From Candidatus Amesbacteria bacterium (GTDB lineage Bacteria; Patescibacteriota; Microgenomatia; CAZETR01; Amesbacteraceae): a DNA stretch of 64,000 nucleotides. Position numbers and translations under genes: made by a program. Below, piece after piece: positions 47,161-57,450 of the stretch. Positions within the stretch are counted from its first letter, which is position 1; every line of letters begins with the position of its first letter. The stretch is taken from NCBI GenBank assembly GCA_027371535.1, contig DAHXMV010000001.1, positions 32,879 through 96,878 of the forward strand, in the 5' to 3' direction. The notes under the pieces are model-generated. The model was given only the letters and a program-made list of their open reading frames with translations. It did not search any database and was not told the origin of the DNA.

Positions 47161-48593
47161 TTGGCCGGTTTTTTGGGTTCGATTAATTTCACAATGACAA
47201 ACCGGGGATTTTGCTCTATAACGGTGTATTTTTTCATAATGGCATTAGTCTGTTCATCGTAATTGACGGAGACGTAGTAGGTAACGTGCATCCGGTCAAT
47301 CAAATCTTTTACGGGGAAAGGGATATAAGCAAAACCGGCCCGGTTGGTCTGATACAAAAAGGCCGTATCCCCGTCGTAAGGCGCCACCACAATAGCGTCT
47401 TTGGGGGTAATTTTGTCCACCTCCTTACCGGCGGCCACGATTTCCCAATGGTTAACCTGATAATCGCCTTTGATATCGTACCAGGAAAAAGCCAGCATGA
47501 AACCGGTGCAGACCAGGGCCAAAATACGTTTGGTCCAGGTTTCACGAAAATCCCGGGATTTTCTGACTAAATATGCCACCCCCAGAGCCAGCAGAACGGA
47601 AATTGCCGGAATTATGGGTATCTGGTAATAATCGTGCCGGACATTGCCGGTAGCAAATACCGATAAATAAGTCAGGGCAGCCAACATCCAGGCCGCAAAA
47701 TAACCGGAACCGAAAATCAGTCCCATTCCCAGCAACAACACACCCCAGGCTCCGAGAATCAGTTTGCCGATACGTTCGCCAAAAATCCACCTGAAGAAAG
47801 CCCCTTTAAACCTGATATGGTCCCCGTTTAACAGCCAGGCACTGGCGGGGACACCTTCGGGATGGAGATATGACCAGAGACGCCAGGCCAGAAAAGGGAA
47901 GACTATGGCGAAGCCTAAAATCCATAACATTTTTTGTTTAAAAAATGACCAGCCGTATTTCTGATAAACCTGCCAAAGCATAGGCAGAAAAAAGAATACC
48001 GCCACCGGTTTAACCAAAACCGCAAGGGCTCCCGAGATGCCGGTAAGTATGACTAAGAATGATTTTTGTTTAATGAGCCAGAGGTCAAAAAAGTTTAAGG
48101 CAGCCAGAAAAAACGTCACCATTAAGGGATCCGGAAGGATGACCCGGGTAAAATAGATATTGTAGGGCAAAAACAGATAAAAGAAGGCAGCTAAAAGACC
48201 GGTGAGGCTCTTGGTTTTGCGGCGGACCAGCAAGAATAAAATCACTGCCGAAACCAGAGAACTCAGGATGGCAGCCATCCGTCCCCAAAACTCCAGCGGT
48301 TTAAAGGGAAATACCTTAGCTAAAAAGTAATGAACGAGATTAAAAACCGGAAACTCAACAAACCTGTAACCCCGGGGGTTTAATAAACCTTTACCGGAAA
48401 CATCGGATAAATCATCATATCTGGGATAGAAGAGACTGATGCCGTATTTGAAATAATTTCTGGTAACTGCCGATGTGTCCGCCTGACGCCAGGAATGCCA
48501 GTCGGCCACGGGATTATCAATTTTGTATAACCGGACGGCAAAGCCGCCGGCCAGTAAGACCGCCAATAGCAACCATTGGAATTTTTTAAACAT
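47157..48593 (-). CDS. GT-C fold membrane glycosyltransferase (PMT_2/ArnT-like, GT39/83-like)
   Basis: First periplasmic loop after TM1 reads VRLYKIDNPVADWHSWRQADTSAVTRNY. About 11 TM helices and a C-terminal soluble domain. Confidence 0.65.
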   Translation of the reverse strand: MFKKFQWLLLAVLLAGGFAVRLYKIDNPVADWHSWRQADTSAVTRNYFKYGISLFYPRYDDLSDVSGKGLLNPRGYRFVEFPVFNLVHYFLAKVFPFKPLEFWGRMAAILSSLVSAVILFLLVRRKTKSLTGLLAAFFYLFLPYNIYFTRVILPDPLMVTFFLAALNFFDLWLIKQKSFLVILTGISGALAVLVKPVAVFFFLPMLWQVYQKYGWSFFKQKMLWILGFAIVFPFLAWRLWSYLHPEGVPASAWLLNGDHIRFKGAFFRWIFGERIGKLILGAWGVLLLGMGLIFGSGYFAAWMLAALTYLSVFATGNVRHDYYQIPIIPAISVLLALGVAYLVRKSRDFRETWTKRILALVCTGFMLAFSWYDIKGDYQVNHWEIVAAGKEVDKITPKDAIVVAPYDGDTAFLYQTNRAGFAYIPFPVKDLIDRMHVTYYVSVNYDEQTNAIMKKYTVIEQNPRFVIVKLIEPKKPAK

Positions 48594-49908
48594 GGTCGGC
48601 AGGAAAATTTTTGGCTTTGTGAGCCAGCCCGATTATAATCCAGAAAATCATAGCAATTTTGGAGGCTTCAAAATAATCAATAAAAACCGAACCGATTAAC
48701 AGACTGAATAAGGCACAGCTTGTTGCGACGATAAAGGCCGAATTAAACGAAGGCGTATAAGACCTGAGAAAAAAGGGCAGGCTGGTTTTGAAAAACCGTA
48801 AATGGATCAAAGCGAAAGCCATCAGGCCCAGAAGACCGGTTTCGGCCAAAATCCTGAGATATTCGTTATCGGCAGCCAAACCGATGGAAGAAAAACCGCT
48901 GCCTAAAACGGGATCTTTGACAAAAGCTCTGATGGCAGTCGGCCATTCGGCATTCAAACGGATGCTAAAAGACCGGTCTTCAGCTACCGGGGGGCTTTTG
49001 AGAGCATCCGGGATAGTGTCGGTGGCTTTACTGCCGGAGGCAGTGGCTGCGCCCTGGGCATGGACGGGAGTGACCAGGGCAATTTTAAATCCGGTCGTTA
49101 ACAGCTCCAGGTAACGCCCCCGCAGTTGGGGAGAAGCAAAAAAACCGGCTATGGCCAGAACAGCCAAGGGTATCAACCAGGTTCTTTTCCGAATTAAAAC
49201 TACCAGTAATCCGGCGCTGATAAACAGGCTGAAAAAAGCAATCCGGGAGGCTGATAACAGGACAGTCACATACATCAGAAATCCGCCGGCCAACAGCAGC
49301 CTTTTGTGGGCAGATACCGGCAGCAGCGCCAAAATCAACAACAGCGGCAGCACCATAAAGGCGGCCAGATCGTAGTGGCCGGCAAATGTAGAATTTATCC
49401 TGGCTCCGGGACCCAGAGTCAGGGCCAAACCCTTGGAAAATTCACTGTTGTTCGTGGAAATTATCGGAGCCTGGGCAAACTGCTGGAAAATACCGTAGAC
49501 GGCGACCAAAAGAGAAACAAACAGCAGAGTACGGACAATAAACTTCAGCTGCCGGGTATCCGACAGCCAATCGTAAGCCACAAAGAACAAGGACATATAT
49601 TCAAACCGTCTGAGCGTGTGCAAAATACCAAGATTCAGAATGGCCGTTTTGGTAATAAAGATACCCGCAAATGTGGCAGACACGCCAACCAGCAAATAAA
49701 GCAGGATAGACCGGGAGATGGGCAGCCTGAGAGTGTCAAACTTACGGATTATCAGATCGCATGCATAAATGCCCACGATAAGGGCTACCAAAATATCTTC
49801 CAGTCTGATTGAGACAAAAGTTCCGGTAACATCCAGCAATGGAAACTTCGGATACAGAGGGATGACTACTAGCACCAATATTAATAGATAATGTTTATAT
49901 TTTGACAT
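48586..49908 (-). CDS. O-antigen ligase/polymerase family (Wzy_C) membrane protein
   Basis: Polytopic, with a large loop containing ADNEYLRILAETGLLGLMAFALI (Wzy_C-type). Confidence 0.7.
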   Translation of the reverse strand: MSKYKHYLLILVLVVIPLYPKFPLLDVTGTFVSIRLEDILVALIVGIYACDLIIRKFDTLRLPISRSILLYLLVGVSATFAGIFITKTAILNLGILHTLRRFEYMSLFFVAYDWLSDTRQLKFIVRTLLFVSLLVAVYGIFQQFAQAPIISTNNSEFSKGLALTLGPGARINSTFAGHYDLAAFMVLPLLLILALLPVSAHKRLLLAGGFLMYVTVLLSASRIAFFSLFISAGLLVVLIRKRTWLIPLAVLAIAGFFASPQLRGRYLELLTTGFKIALVTPVHAQGAATASGSKATDTIPDALKSPPVAEDRSFSIRLNAEWPTAIRAFVKDPVLGSGFSSIGLAADNEYLRILAETGLLGLMAFALIHLRFFKTSLPFFLRSYTPSFNSAFIVATSCALFSLLIGSVFIDYFEASKIAMIFWIIIGLAHKAKNFPADHV

Positions 49909-50395
49909 ATTCCCGGTATAACCAATAACAGCAGACGGAGATCAACAGCAGGACTTCCAGACGTGTGACCGGGTTTGAAGGGATATACCTGACCGTGATT
50001 TTATTCAGATAATGAACCCCGGCAATATATATCTGTTCGGTAGGTTTGGTGGGATAAAAACCGTTTATATAAATGGATTCCCTCAGGGGATGGACAATTT
50101 CCTGCAACCAGGAAGACTTGGTCTGGTCGCGGATTAAACTATAGGCATTTTCCGGAGGGTAATTTAACAGATATTGAACACCCCATATTCGGAAAGCCTG
50201 CGAGTAATAGGCCAGAATTCCGCTCCGGGAATAATTGGTATAATAAGCATAGCGATAAGGGCTTTCCAAATCACCGGGTTCATTAGACCGGAGGGCTCCC
50301 GGGGGGGGTTTAGGGAATTGCGGAGCAGGCAGCAGCAAATAAATTACTGAAATGATAAGAACCAGAGAGATGATTATTTGTGATACCAACTTCAT
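49895..50395 (-). CDS. hypothetical bitopic membrane protein
   Basis: Start set at MKLVSQIIISLVLIISVIYLLL (50393-50395) to avoid a 143-nt overlap with the acetyltransferase gene. No known domain. Confidence 0.45.
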   Translation of the reverse strand: MKLVSQIIISLVLIISVIYLLLPAPQFPKPPPGALRSNEPGDLESPYRYAYYTNYSRSGILAYYSQAFRIWGVQYLLNYPPENAYSLIRDQTKSSWLQEIVHPLRESIYINGFYPTKPTEQIYIAGVHYLNKITVRYIPSNPVTRLEVLLLISVCCYWLYREYVKI

Positions 50396-50396
50396 G

Positions 50397-51005
50397 TTAC
50401 TGAAACAACCTGGCCCGGCCCAACCGGTAATGGAGATCCCTAATCCGCCTTTCGGAAATAATTCTGGCCGGGACACCGCCGACAACCGCATAATCGGGTA
50501 CATCTTTGGTGACGACCGCTCCGGCCCCGACCACCGCACCCCGGCCCAAATTTACACCGGGTAAAATAATGGCCCTGGGACCGATAAATACGTAATTACC
50601 TATACTTACCGGGGCGGTGGTGGCGTGAAAATCGGGGGAATGGATATCATGCTCGGAGTTGTAAATCTGGACTTCGGAGGCAATATCCACATGATTACCG
50701 ATACTGACTTTGTCCCGGCCGTCAATAAAAATACCCCATCCCAGCAGACTGTCTTCACCCACCGAGATGCCCCGCGGATCAAAAAAGCGCGCCTGCATAT
50801 GAATAACCGAACCTTTGCCCAACCTGCCTCCGGCAAGCTGAAAAACCAATTTTCTGACAAAATGCACGGGGATAAGACTGAATGCCAGGTGAATCCACAG
50901 CAGGGCAAAATCCTGCAGCCAGCTGCAGAGCCGATTTTTAATTTTAGTTACGGTTTCCGATGAACTTAATAAGCGCCCGTTTTTGTCACGAAATTCCATT
51001 CCCAT
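50397..51005 (-). CDS. hexapeptide-repeat acetyltransferase (WcaF/colanic-acid-type sugar O-acetyltransferase-like)
   Basis: Left-handed beta-helix repeats ([35 protein letters not shown]). Start at MGMEF. Confidence 0.8.
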   Translation of the reverse strand: MGMEFRDKNGRLLSSSETVTKIKNRLCSWLQDFALLWIHLAFSLIPVHFVRKLVFQLAGGRLGKGSVIHMQARFFDPRGISVGEDSLLGWGIFIDGRDKVSIGNHVDIASEVQIYNSEHDIHSPDFHATTAPVSIGNYVFIGPRAIILPGVNLGRGAVVGAGAVVTKDVPDYAVVGGVPARIISERRIRDLHYRLGRARLFQ

Positions 51006-51012
51006 ATTCACA

Positions 51013-52101
51013 TTATATAGCCGATTCCAGGACAGAGATAGTCCGGGAAGCCGTCTTTGACCAATCAAATTTGGCTGCCTGCTCCCCACCCTTCCGGATA
51101 TAAAAGTCCCGGTCCGGGCCCATGGCCCGATGCAGCCCCCCGGCAATGGAGTCGATATCATCCGGACGGACGTAAATACCCGCATCACCTGCAACTTCCG
51201 GCAAACTGGCGACATCAGAAACGACAACCGGGACGTGGCAGGCCATAGCTTCCAGGACCGGAATTCCGAAACCTTCATGAAAACTGGGCATGGCAAAAGC
51301 TATGGCCCGGGACATAAGCACGGGTACTTCCCGATCTTTGACAAAACCGGTAAAAATTACCCTGTCCTGCAGTTTCAGATCTGCGACCAAACCGAAGATC
51401 CGTTCATATAACCAGGCCCGCTTGCCGGCGATCACCAACGTCAGCCCGGGGATTTCCAGACGGGAAAAAGCGGTAATCAAACCCTCAAGATTTTTACTGG
51501 GTTTTAAACTGCCGATATACAATATGTAAGGCCTGTGAATATGATATTTTTCCAGGACCGCGGGGTTATCCCGGGGAAAGAAAACCTGATTATCGTAGCC
51601 GGGGTAGGTGACGATTACATCTTCAGCCTGACGGTGATAGGTTTTTACCACGGCATTTTTGGTGAATTCGGAGATGACGATTATTTTAGAGGCTTTTTTG
51701 GCTGAATAGGCAGTCCAGCTCTTCAACTGATTAAAATCTTTGGCATTAAACTGATCCCGGGCGGTTAAAAAACCGAGATCCATAACGGCAATCACCGTCG
51801 GCACGGGAGAATAACGGGGAGCATAATGGCTGGGGCTGAAAAAGACATCCGGGCGCGGGCGGTGGGTGAAGAGGTCCCAGGGCAGCCGGGTTTGCGTCCA
51901 AAGTCCGGGAAAAGGGATATAGCGGTAATCCCAGTGCAGGCTGACGGGGGGCAGATCGGGTAATAATCCGTCCCGGTGATAGATAACAAAATCGTGTTTG
52001 GTTTTTAACCGGCTCAAAGCCTGCAGTAAATTAAAAGCATACTGGTTAACCCCGACGCGGCGGTGGATATTGGCTTCGTTGGCATCTATTCCGATTAACA
52101 T
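51013..52101 (-). CDS. glycosyltransferase family 4
   Basis: [28 protein letters not shown]. Confidence 0.85.
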   Translation of the reverse strand: MLIGIDANEANIHRRVGVNQYAFNLLQALSRLKTKHDFVIYHRDGLLPDLPPVSLHWDYRYIPFPGLWTQTRLPWDLFTHRPRPDVFFSPSHYAPRYSPVPTVIAVMDLGFLTARDQFNAKDFNQLKSWTAYSAKKASKIIVISEFTKNAVVKTYHRQAEDVIVTYPGYDNQVFFPRDNPAVLEKYHIHRPYILYIGSLKPSKNLEGLITAFSRLEIPGLTLVIAGKRAWLYERIFGLVADLKLQDRVIFTGFVKDREVPVLMSRAIAFAMPSFHEGFGIPVLEAMACHVPVVVSDVASLPEVAGDAGIYVRPDDIDSIAGGLHRAMGPDRDFYIRKGGEQAAKFDWSKTASRTISVLESAI

Positions 52102-53186
52102 AGACTGCTATAGACCATTAATGTTTCCCGGGCCGTTTGCTCCCAGGAATATTGCTTTAATCTCTCCAAACCGGCCCTGATCAGGGCAGATTTATCCTTT
52201 ATGGCCCGGGCGAGTCCGTAAGCGATGGCTTCCCCATTTTTGGGATCCACCAGGACGGCGCCGTCTCCGGCAACTTCGGGCATAGACGACAGATCGGAGG
52301 TCAAAACCGGTATCTGGTGAAAAAAGGCCATCAATATGGGCAAACCAAAACCTTCATATAATGAAGGGTAAGCCAAAACCTGAGCCCCCTTTAAAAGGGC
52401 AGCCAACTCCAAATCAGGCAGAAAACCGGTGAAAATGATTCGGGGATCATCGGGGATATCGGTAATCCCCCACCCCCGGCCGCCGACGATGACCAGCTTT
52501 TCAGGCAGACGCAAGATTTTTTGAAAATGTAAAAAACTATTTACCAACAGCGGAATATTTTTCCGGGGCTGCGGGGTGCCGATGGAAATAATGTAATCAT
52601 GAAGACCGAAACGGGTTTTTTGACGGATAATTTCCGATGCCGCGGGGCGGAGATGAAATCTGGCCGGCATGGCTTCCGGGATGACCGCGATCCGGCCGGG
52701 ATTGACCCGAAACAATTTCATTAAATCGTCAGCTGTACTTCGGGAAACACAGATGATTTTGGCGCACTCCCTGACCACCCAATTCATCCTGGCCTGATGG
52801 ACTGAAGAGATGTTTCTGAAGGCGCCGCTGGCCATTTCATCAGGAAAAAGAAACGGCGACAAATCATGGACCGTGGTCACTTTGGGAGCCGCAGCCGGCG
52901 GTTCGGCCCAATCGGATGAATGAAAAACGTCTACATCACCTATAAAATTTTCGATGTTAATGATATGAAAGTAATTCCACAGGTAATACAGCAGCATGGG
53001 GGGAAGACGGAATAGTCTGGCGTTGCGGAACAGTTTTTTCAAGTCATTATGCCGTCTGAGGGAAGTTCCGAATAACACGTATCGATTAGTGGGATCAACC
53101 GTTTTTAAGGCACGAACCAAATCGATAGTGTAATCCGAGACTCCGGTACCATAAACCGCCTGCGATACATCGATGCCGATTTTCAT
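52095..53186 (-). CDS. glycosyltransferase family 4
   Basis: EGFGLPILMAFFHQIPVLTSDLSSMPEV. Confidence 0.85.
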   Translation of the reverse strand: MKIGIDVSQAVYGTGVSDYTIDLVRALKTVDPTNRYVLFGTSLRRHNDLKKLFRNARLFRLPPMLLYYLWNYFHIINIENFIGDVDVFHSSDWAEPPAAAPKVTTVHDLSPFLFPDEMASGAFRNISSVHQARMNWVVRECAKIICVSRSTADDLMKLFRVNPGRIAVIPEAMPARFHLRPAASEIIRQKTRFGLHDYIISIGTPQPRKNIPLLVNSFLHFQKILRLPEKLVIVGGRGWGITDIPDDPRIIFTGFLPDLELAALLKGAQVLAYPSLYEGFGLPILMAFFHQIPVLTSDLSSMPEVAGDGAVLVDPKNGEAIAYGLARAIKDKSALIRAGLERLKQYSWEQTARETLMVYSSLC

Positions 53187-53398
53187 AGATTAAGCTGATA
53201 AATTATATCCGAACCCGCCTCTAAAACCTGCCGGTAACGGGTCTCTGTATATTTTAACAGTACCGGGGCAAACTGATCCAAAGTCTGCCCGTCTACCCGG
53301 CCGGCTTTACCCACCATCACCGGTCCGGGAGGATATAAAAGGAGATTTTTTTAAAATCAGATACCGGTTTTGAGAAAAATACCACGGCAGGGGAATGA

Positions 53399-54817
53399 TC
53401 ATATCCGCTGATAGTGTCTGATAAAACCGACTCCGGGAAAATCCCTGGTATTGGTCAGGGTAAAACCCAGACTGCCAAGGACATTTTCCACATTCCGACG
53501 GGGATCCGTTATGTCCGTAAGATAGTCGAGCAAGTAAACATTTTTAATTGTGACATTATCGGACAAATAGGCTAATTTAGAGGCCACCTGGGGAGTTTGG
53601 GCCGGAAAAACCGGCACGGCAGCGACTACCCCAAGGGCTGGGTCATACCAATAAAAGGGAGAAAATTTGTCACTGAATTTAACCACAATACCGGTATCCA
53701 ACCCTGCTTTTTCCTTAAGATAAACAATTGCCTGGCGCCACTGTTCCCGCTGTAACCGGGGCCGGGTAAAATACATCACATTGCCAAAAACGGCAATGTA
53801 AATAAACAAAGTGCTGAATAATCTGGGATATCGCAAACAGCTCTGGGTAAATATCACCGTTAAGGCCGGAATTACGAAGATGACACGGAACGGCTGGCTC
53901 TGGGGAACAAAAAATGAGGTAATAATCATCAGAATAATAGGGACAAAAGACCAGGTAAATAAAAGGCGGCGTTTTTGATCGGCGACCCGGAAAGCCGAAA
54001 ATACCACCAGAAAGACAAAACCGATATATAACGAATAAAGCAGGGGAGACTGCAGATTAATCCGGCCGGCAACCAGCTTAAAAAGGGTGACCGGAAGCGT
54101 TTTCATGGCCGAGAGACTGAGAAGACTGCGCCAACCCGGCAGATAGGTGTCGATATTAGTGCCGGAGATCAGTTGGCGGGTAAGCTGGGGTAGCCAGGGC
54201 AGATAAAAAAGAGCCGAAATCAGACATGAAAGCAGAAACTTCGGCAATTGGCGGCGATGGTATACAAACAAATAAATCAACTGGGTGACCAGCAAAAAAA
54301 GACTTGAATAATGGGTATAAATAAGTAAAGTGTTGATAAGGGTCAGACTCCGAAAGCGATTTTTTATCAAATAGTACATGGACAGGGTGCCTAACAGGCA
54401 GAGAAGGATATAAGACCTGAGTTCCTGGGAATAATAGATATGATACGGATTAATAGCCAATAAAATAGCGGCTACGGTTTCCGGGCGGAAAGTAAAATGA
54501 TGAATCACCAGTCCCGGAACCAAACGCAATTCCCGGACCAATAAATACAGAACCAGGATATTGGCCACCCCGAAAAATACTGATGGCAACCGAAGCCATA
54601 CTTCAGACCGGCCAAAAATCATCCAGAAATGGATGAGAAGGTAATATAGCGGCGGATGAAAATCATTCCCCCGGGAAAACCAGATCCAGGAGGGAGAATG
54701 CGAGGACATAACCGCCTGGGAAGCTTCATCCAGCCAGAAACTCTGACCCAAATTAATTAATCTTAACAGCAGACCCAGAACCAGGATCAGGATGAGGCTT
54801 TTTGGGATTTTTGCCAC
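53399..54817 (-). CDS. GT-C fold membrane glycosyltransferase (PMT/ArnT-like)
   Basis: LRLINLGQSFWLDEASQA (DE motif in the first loop after TM1). Twelve or more TM helices. Confidence 0.65.
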   Translation of the reverse strand: MAKIPKSLILILVLGLLLRLINLGQSFWLDEASQAVMSSHSPSWIWFSRGNDFHPPLYYLLIHFWMIFGRSEVWLRLPSVFFGVANILVLYLLVRELRLVPGLVIHHFTFRPETVAAILLAINPYHIYYSQELRSYILLCLLGTLSMYYLIKNRFRSLTLINTLLIYTHYSSLFLLVTQLIYLFVYHRRQLPKFLLSCLISALFYLPWLPQLTRQLISGTNIDTYLPGWRSLLSLSAMKTLPVTLFKLVAGRINLQSPLLYSLYIGFVFLVVFSAFRVADQKRRLLFTWSFVPIILMIITSFFVPQSQPFRVIFVIPALTVIFTQSCLRYPRLFSTLFIYIAVFGNVMYFTRPRLQREQWRQAIVYLKEKAGLDTGIVVKFSDKFSPFYWYDPALGVVAAVPVFPAQTPQVASKLAYLSDNVTIKNVYLLDYLTDITDPRRNVENVLGSLGFTLTNTRDFPGVGFIRHYQRI

Positions 54818-55539
54818 AGTTTAACCCATACTGAAAGATGGTATACAGCCATTAAGTAACTGAGGAATAAACCGTGAAATCCATCCAAAAAACCGGCGTG
54901 CAGAATGTAACGCCGGGTAAAATCCAAAAGCGGCTGGGCGATAAACTGGCCCCAGGAAAACGGGATTCCGGCGGCATACAACCTGTCGGCTTCCAGGGTG
55001 GAATAAATATCCTGCTTGGCCATAAATTCATTGACCGTGGCGTAATTTTCATGGTAAATGCAGTCGTAGAATCGGCCGACTGTTTTGTCGGTGACAATCT
55101 GCTCGTGAACCACACCTTCCCATTGGCAATATTCCCGGTTAAAAAAACGAACCAGGCCATTGGGATCCCAATTGGAATGTTCGATATACTTGCCGAAAAT
55201 TTTATTTTTGCGGGGGATGCTGTAAGCCTGAAACAACTGGTGCTCCGGCAGATCCCGGATGGCTTTAATCAAGCCCGGGGAGGCGGTCTCGTCGGCATCC
55301 AAAGATAAAATCCAACCATATTTAGCCTGTGAATCGGCATAATTTTTTTGGCCGGAAAAGGAATCAAAGACCCGGATCATAACCCTAGCACCGGCATTTT
55401 TGGCCAGATCGGCAGTATTATCAACCGACCGGCTATCCACAACTACCAGCAGGTCATCGGACAGGTTTTTGAGGCTTTCCAAACAGGGTAAAATAAATTT
55501 TGCGGAATCTCTGGCAATGACTACGGCTGAAGCGTTCAT
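54787..55539 (-). CDS. glycosyltransferase family 2
   Basis: AVVIARDSAKFILPCL, VVDSRSVDNT, and SLDADE (DxD). Confidence 0.85.
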   Translation of the reverse strand: MNASAVVIARDSAKFILPCLESLKNLSDDLLVVVDSRSVDNTADLAKNAGARVMIRVFDSFSGQKNYADSQAKYGWILSLDADETASPGLIKAIRDLPEHQLFQAYSIPRKNKIFGKYIEHSNWDPNGLVRFFNREYCQWEGVVHEQIVTDKTVGRFYDCIYHENYATVNEFMAKQDIYSTLEADRLYAAGIPFSWGQFIAQPLLDFTRRYILHAGFLDGFHGLFLSYLMAVYHLSVWVKLWQKSQKASS

Positions 55540-56516
55540 ACTAAGGTGAGAAACAATTTTTGGTAGCTGTTAATTATTTTATCCCATTCAAAATTTTTTG
55601 CTTGATCCTGAGGTTTGTGCCCCAAATTTGCGTGCAGGGTTTTTTCCAAAACCCGGGAGAATCCGGCAATATTTTCCGGTTCAACCAGATTTCCCGCCCG
55701 GCCTACAATTTCTTCACGGATAGGGTCACTGGTAGCTACAACCGGCAAACCACTGGCCATAGCCTCCAAAAGCACAATGCCAAACGATTCCCAGGGAGAA
55801 GTCGGGTAGGCAAAAAGGTCACAGGCGGTAAAAATTGAAGGCATCGATTGCCGGCTGATTTGGGGATAGAGTAAAAATCTCCCCGGTAATAACCTATCAG
55901 CCAGTTCAGTAAGCGACGACTGCAGGCTGCCCCGTCCCACAATTAATAACGACGCCCGGGTCCGGGCGACGGCGGCGATTAAAAGGTCTAAACGTTTAAT
56001 CGGCTCCAAGGCAGCCACGCACAGGACTATCGGGTGCGGGAGCGGCAAATTCCGGGGTTTAACCCCCGGGTGAAAAACGCCGGTATCAACCCCGTTGGGA
56101 ATTTTGACGACGGAAATAAAAGGATTGACTTTTTTGGCCCAGGCACACTGGAAATCCGTCAAACCGACAAAGGCGTCGGGAAAACTATACAGGTTGAGGC
56201 GGTCGTCCAAACCGGGGCCGGACTGGCCCGAAATGACGATTTTTTTATGATTTTTTAAGGCCCAGATTTTTGATAAATAACTCTGCCACCGGCCGTTGGT
56301 GGGAAAAACGATGTCGGGAACGGGATTAAAGCCCGGTAAAACCCTGACCGAAGAAAGATATGCCGTCTGATAGGGCAAGGTCCGGTCGGGACCGGCATGA
56401 CGATAAACCGTGACCTGATGGCCCGATTTAACCAGTCCCCTGCCCAGGACATCAACAAAAGTTTCCACACCCCGGTAATTTAAACCACTAAAGAAGCTTA
56501 AAAATGCAATTTTCAT
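55536..56516 (-). CDS. glycosyltransferase family 4
   Basis: GT-B: ESFGIVLLEAMASGLPVVATS. Confidence 0.85.
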   Translation of the reverse strand: MKIAFLSFFSGLNYRGVETFVDVLGRGLVKSGHQVTVYRHAGPDRTLPYQTAYLSSVRVLPGFNPVPDIVFPTNGRWQSYLSKIWALKNHKKIVISGQSGPGLDDRLNLYSFPDAFVGLTDFQCAWAKKVNPFISVVKIPNGVDTGVFHPGVKPRNLPLPHPIVLCVAALEPIKRLDLLIAAVARTRASLLIVGRGSLQSSLTELADRLLPGRFLLYPQISRQSMPSIFTACDLFAYPTSPWESFGIVLLEAMASGLPVVATSDPIREEIVGRAGNLVEPENIAGFSRVLEKTLHANLGHKPQDQAKNFEWDKIINSYQKLFLTLV

Positions 56517-56582
56517 GCACGATTATTGTACCGCAAATGTGCGAAACTGTATGGTTTGAGAGATTTTTCCGGTGAGATAAAA

Positions 56583-57422
56583 TCAGTAACCGTCAGGGGG
56601 CGGATGGGCAAATAACTTCTTGACCCGACGGGCAGGTTCATATAAGAGACACCTGGAGAGATAATCCATACTCCGGCGGGTCCACGGATCGGGAACCATA
56701 TCCGGTTGCGGTAAATACAGTACCTCCGGGTAAATAAAATCCCGGCCAAAACTCCTGCCGAATTCAAACCTGTATTTAAAACCGCGTTTCAGGGTATTTT
56801 TATCCATAAATCTGGTGACCGAGCGGGATAAATGGGTGGTGTGTAAATACGTCTTATTTACCAGATGCAATTTTCGGGGCGGAAAATACTGCAGGGCAGT
56901 ATCATGGTCATCCCGATATTCCTGACGGCCATGGGGATTGGAAATATGTAAACCGGGAATCCGGCGATTTATAAAGCGGATATTAAATGCCCCTCTGTAT
57001 TCACCAATATGATAATGACTGGCTACCGGGCCTTCCTGATGGTATATATCCCCTACCAGATTTATGACGGGAGATATTAATGCCGACAAGTCCCGATGTT
57101 CCCGGATGGCCTGCAGATGCGCGGCCAGTGAATCATGCCACCAGATCTCATCGCCGTCCAAAATCATGATCCAGTCCGCATCGGTCGCCTCCAGCATCCG
57201 CTGGCGGGCTGCGGTGTGGCCTGCCGGATCAACCGGACCGACTTCTCTGAATTTTATTTTCGGGGAATTTATACATTTCACGACTTCGGGAGTTTTGTCA
57301 GTCGAACCCGTATCCCAAACCAGAATTTCATCGACCTGGTCTATGACCGACATGAGAGCATACCACAGCCAGCGCTGTTCATTCTTTACAAGGGTATGAA
57401 CGACAACTTTGGGTTTGGGCAT
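56583..57422 (-). CDS. glycosyltransferase family 2
   Basis: VVVHTLVKNEQRWL, DTGSTDKT, and ILDGDE (DxD). Confidence 0.8.
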   Translation of the reverse strand: MPKPKVVVHTLVKNEQRWLWYALMSVIDQVDEILVWDTGSTDKTPEVVKCINSPKIKFREVGPVDPAGHTAARQRMLEATDADWIMILDGDEIWWHDSLAAHLQAIREHRDLSALISPVINLVGDIYHQEGPVASHYHIGEYRGAFNIRFINRRIPGLHISNPHGRQEYRDDHDTALQYFPPRKLHLVNKTYLHTTHLSRSVTRFMDKNTLKRGFKYRFEFGRSFGRDFIYPEVLYLPQPDMVPDPWTRRSMDYLSRCLLYEPARRVKKLFAHPPPDGY

Positions 57423-57450
57423 ATTGGTTTTTTGATTATCTCATGGACAA

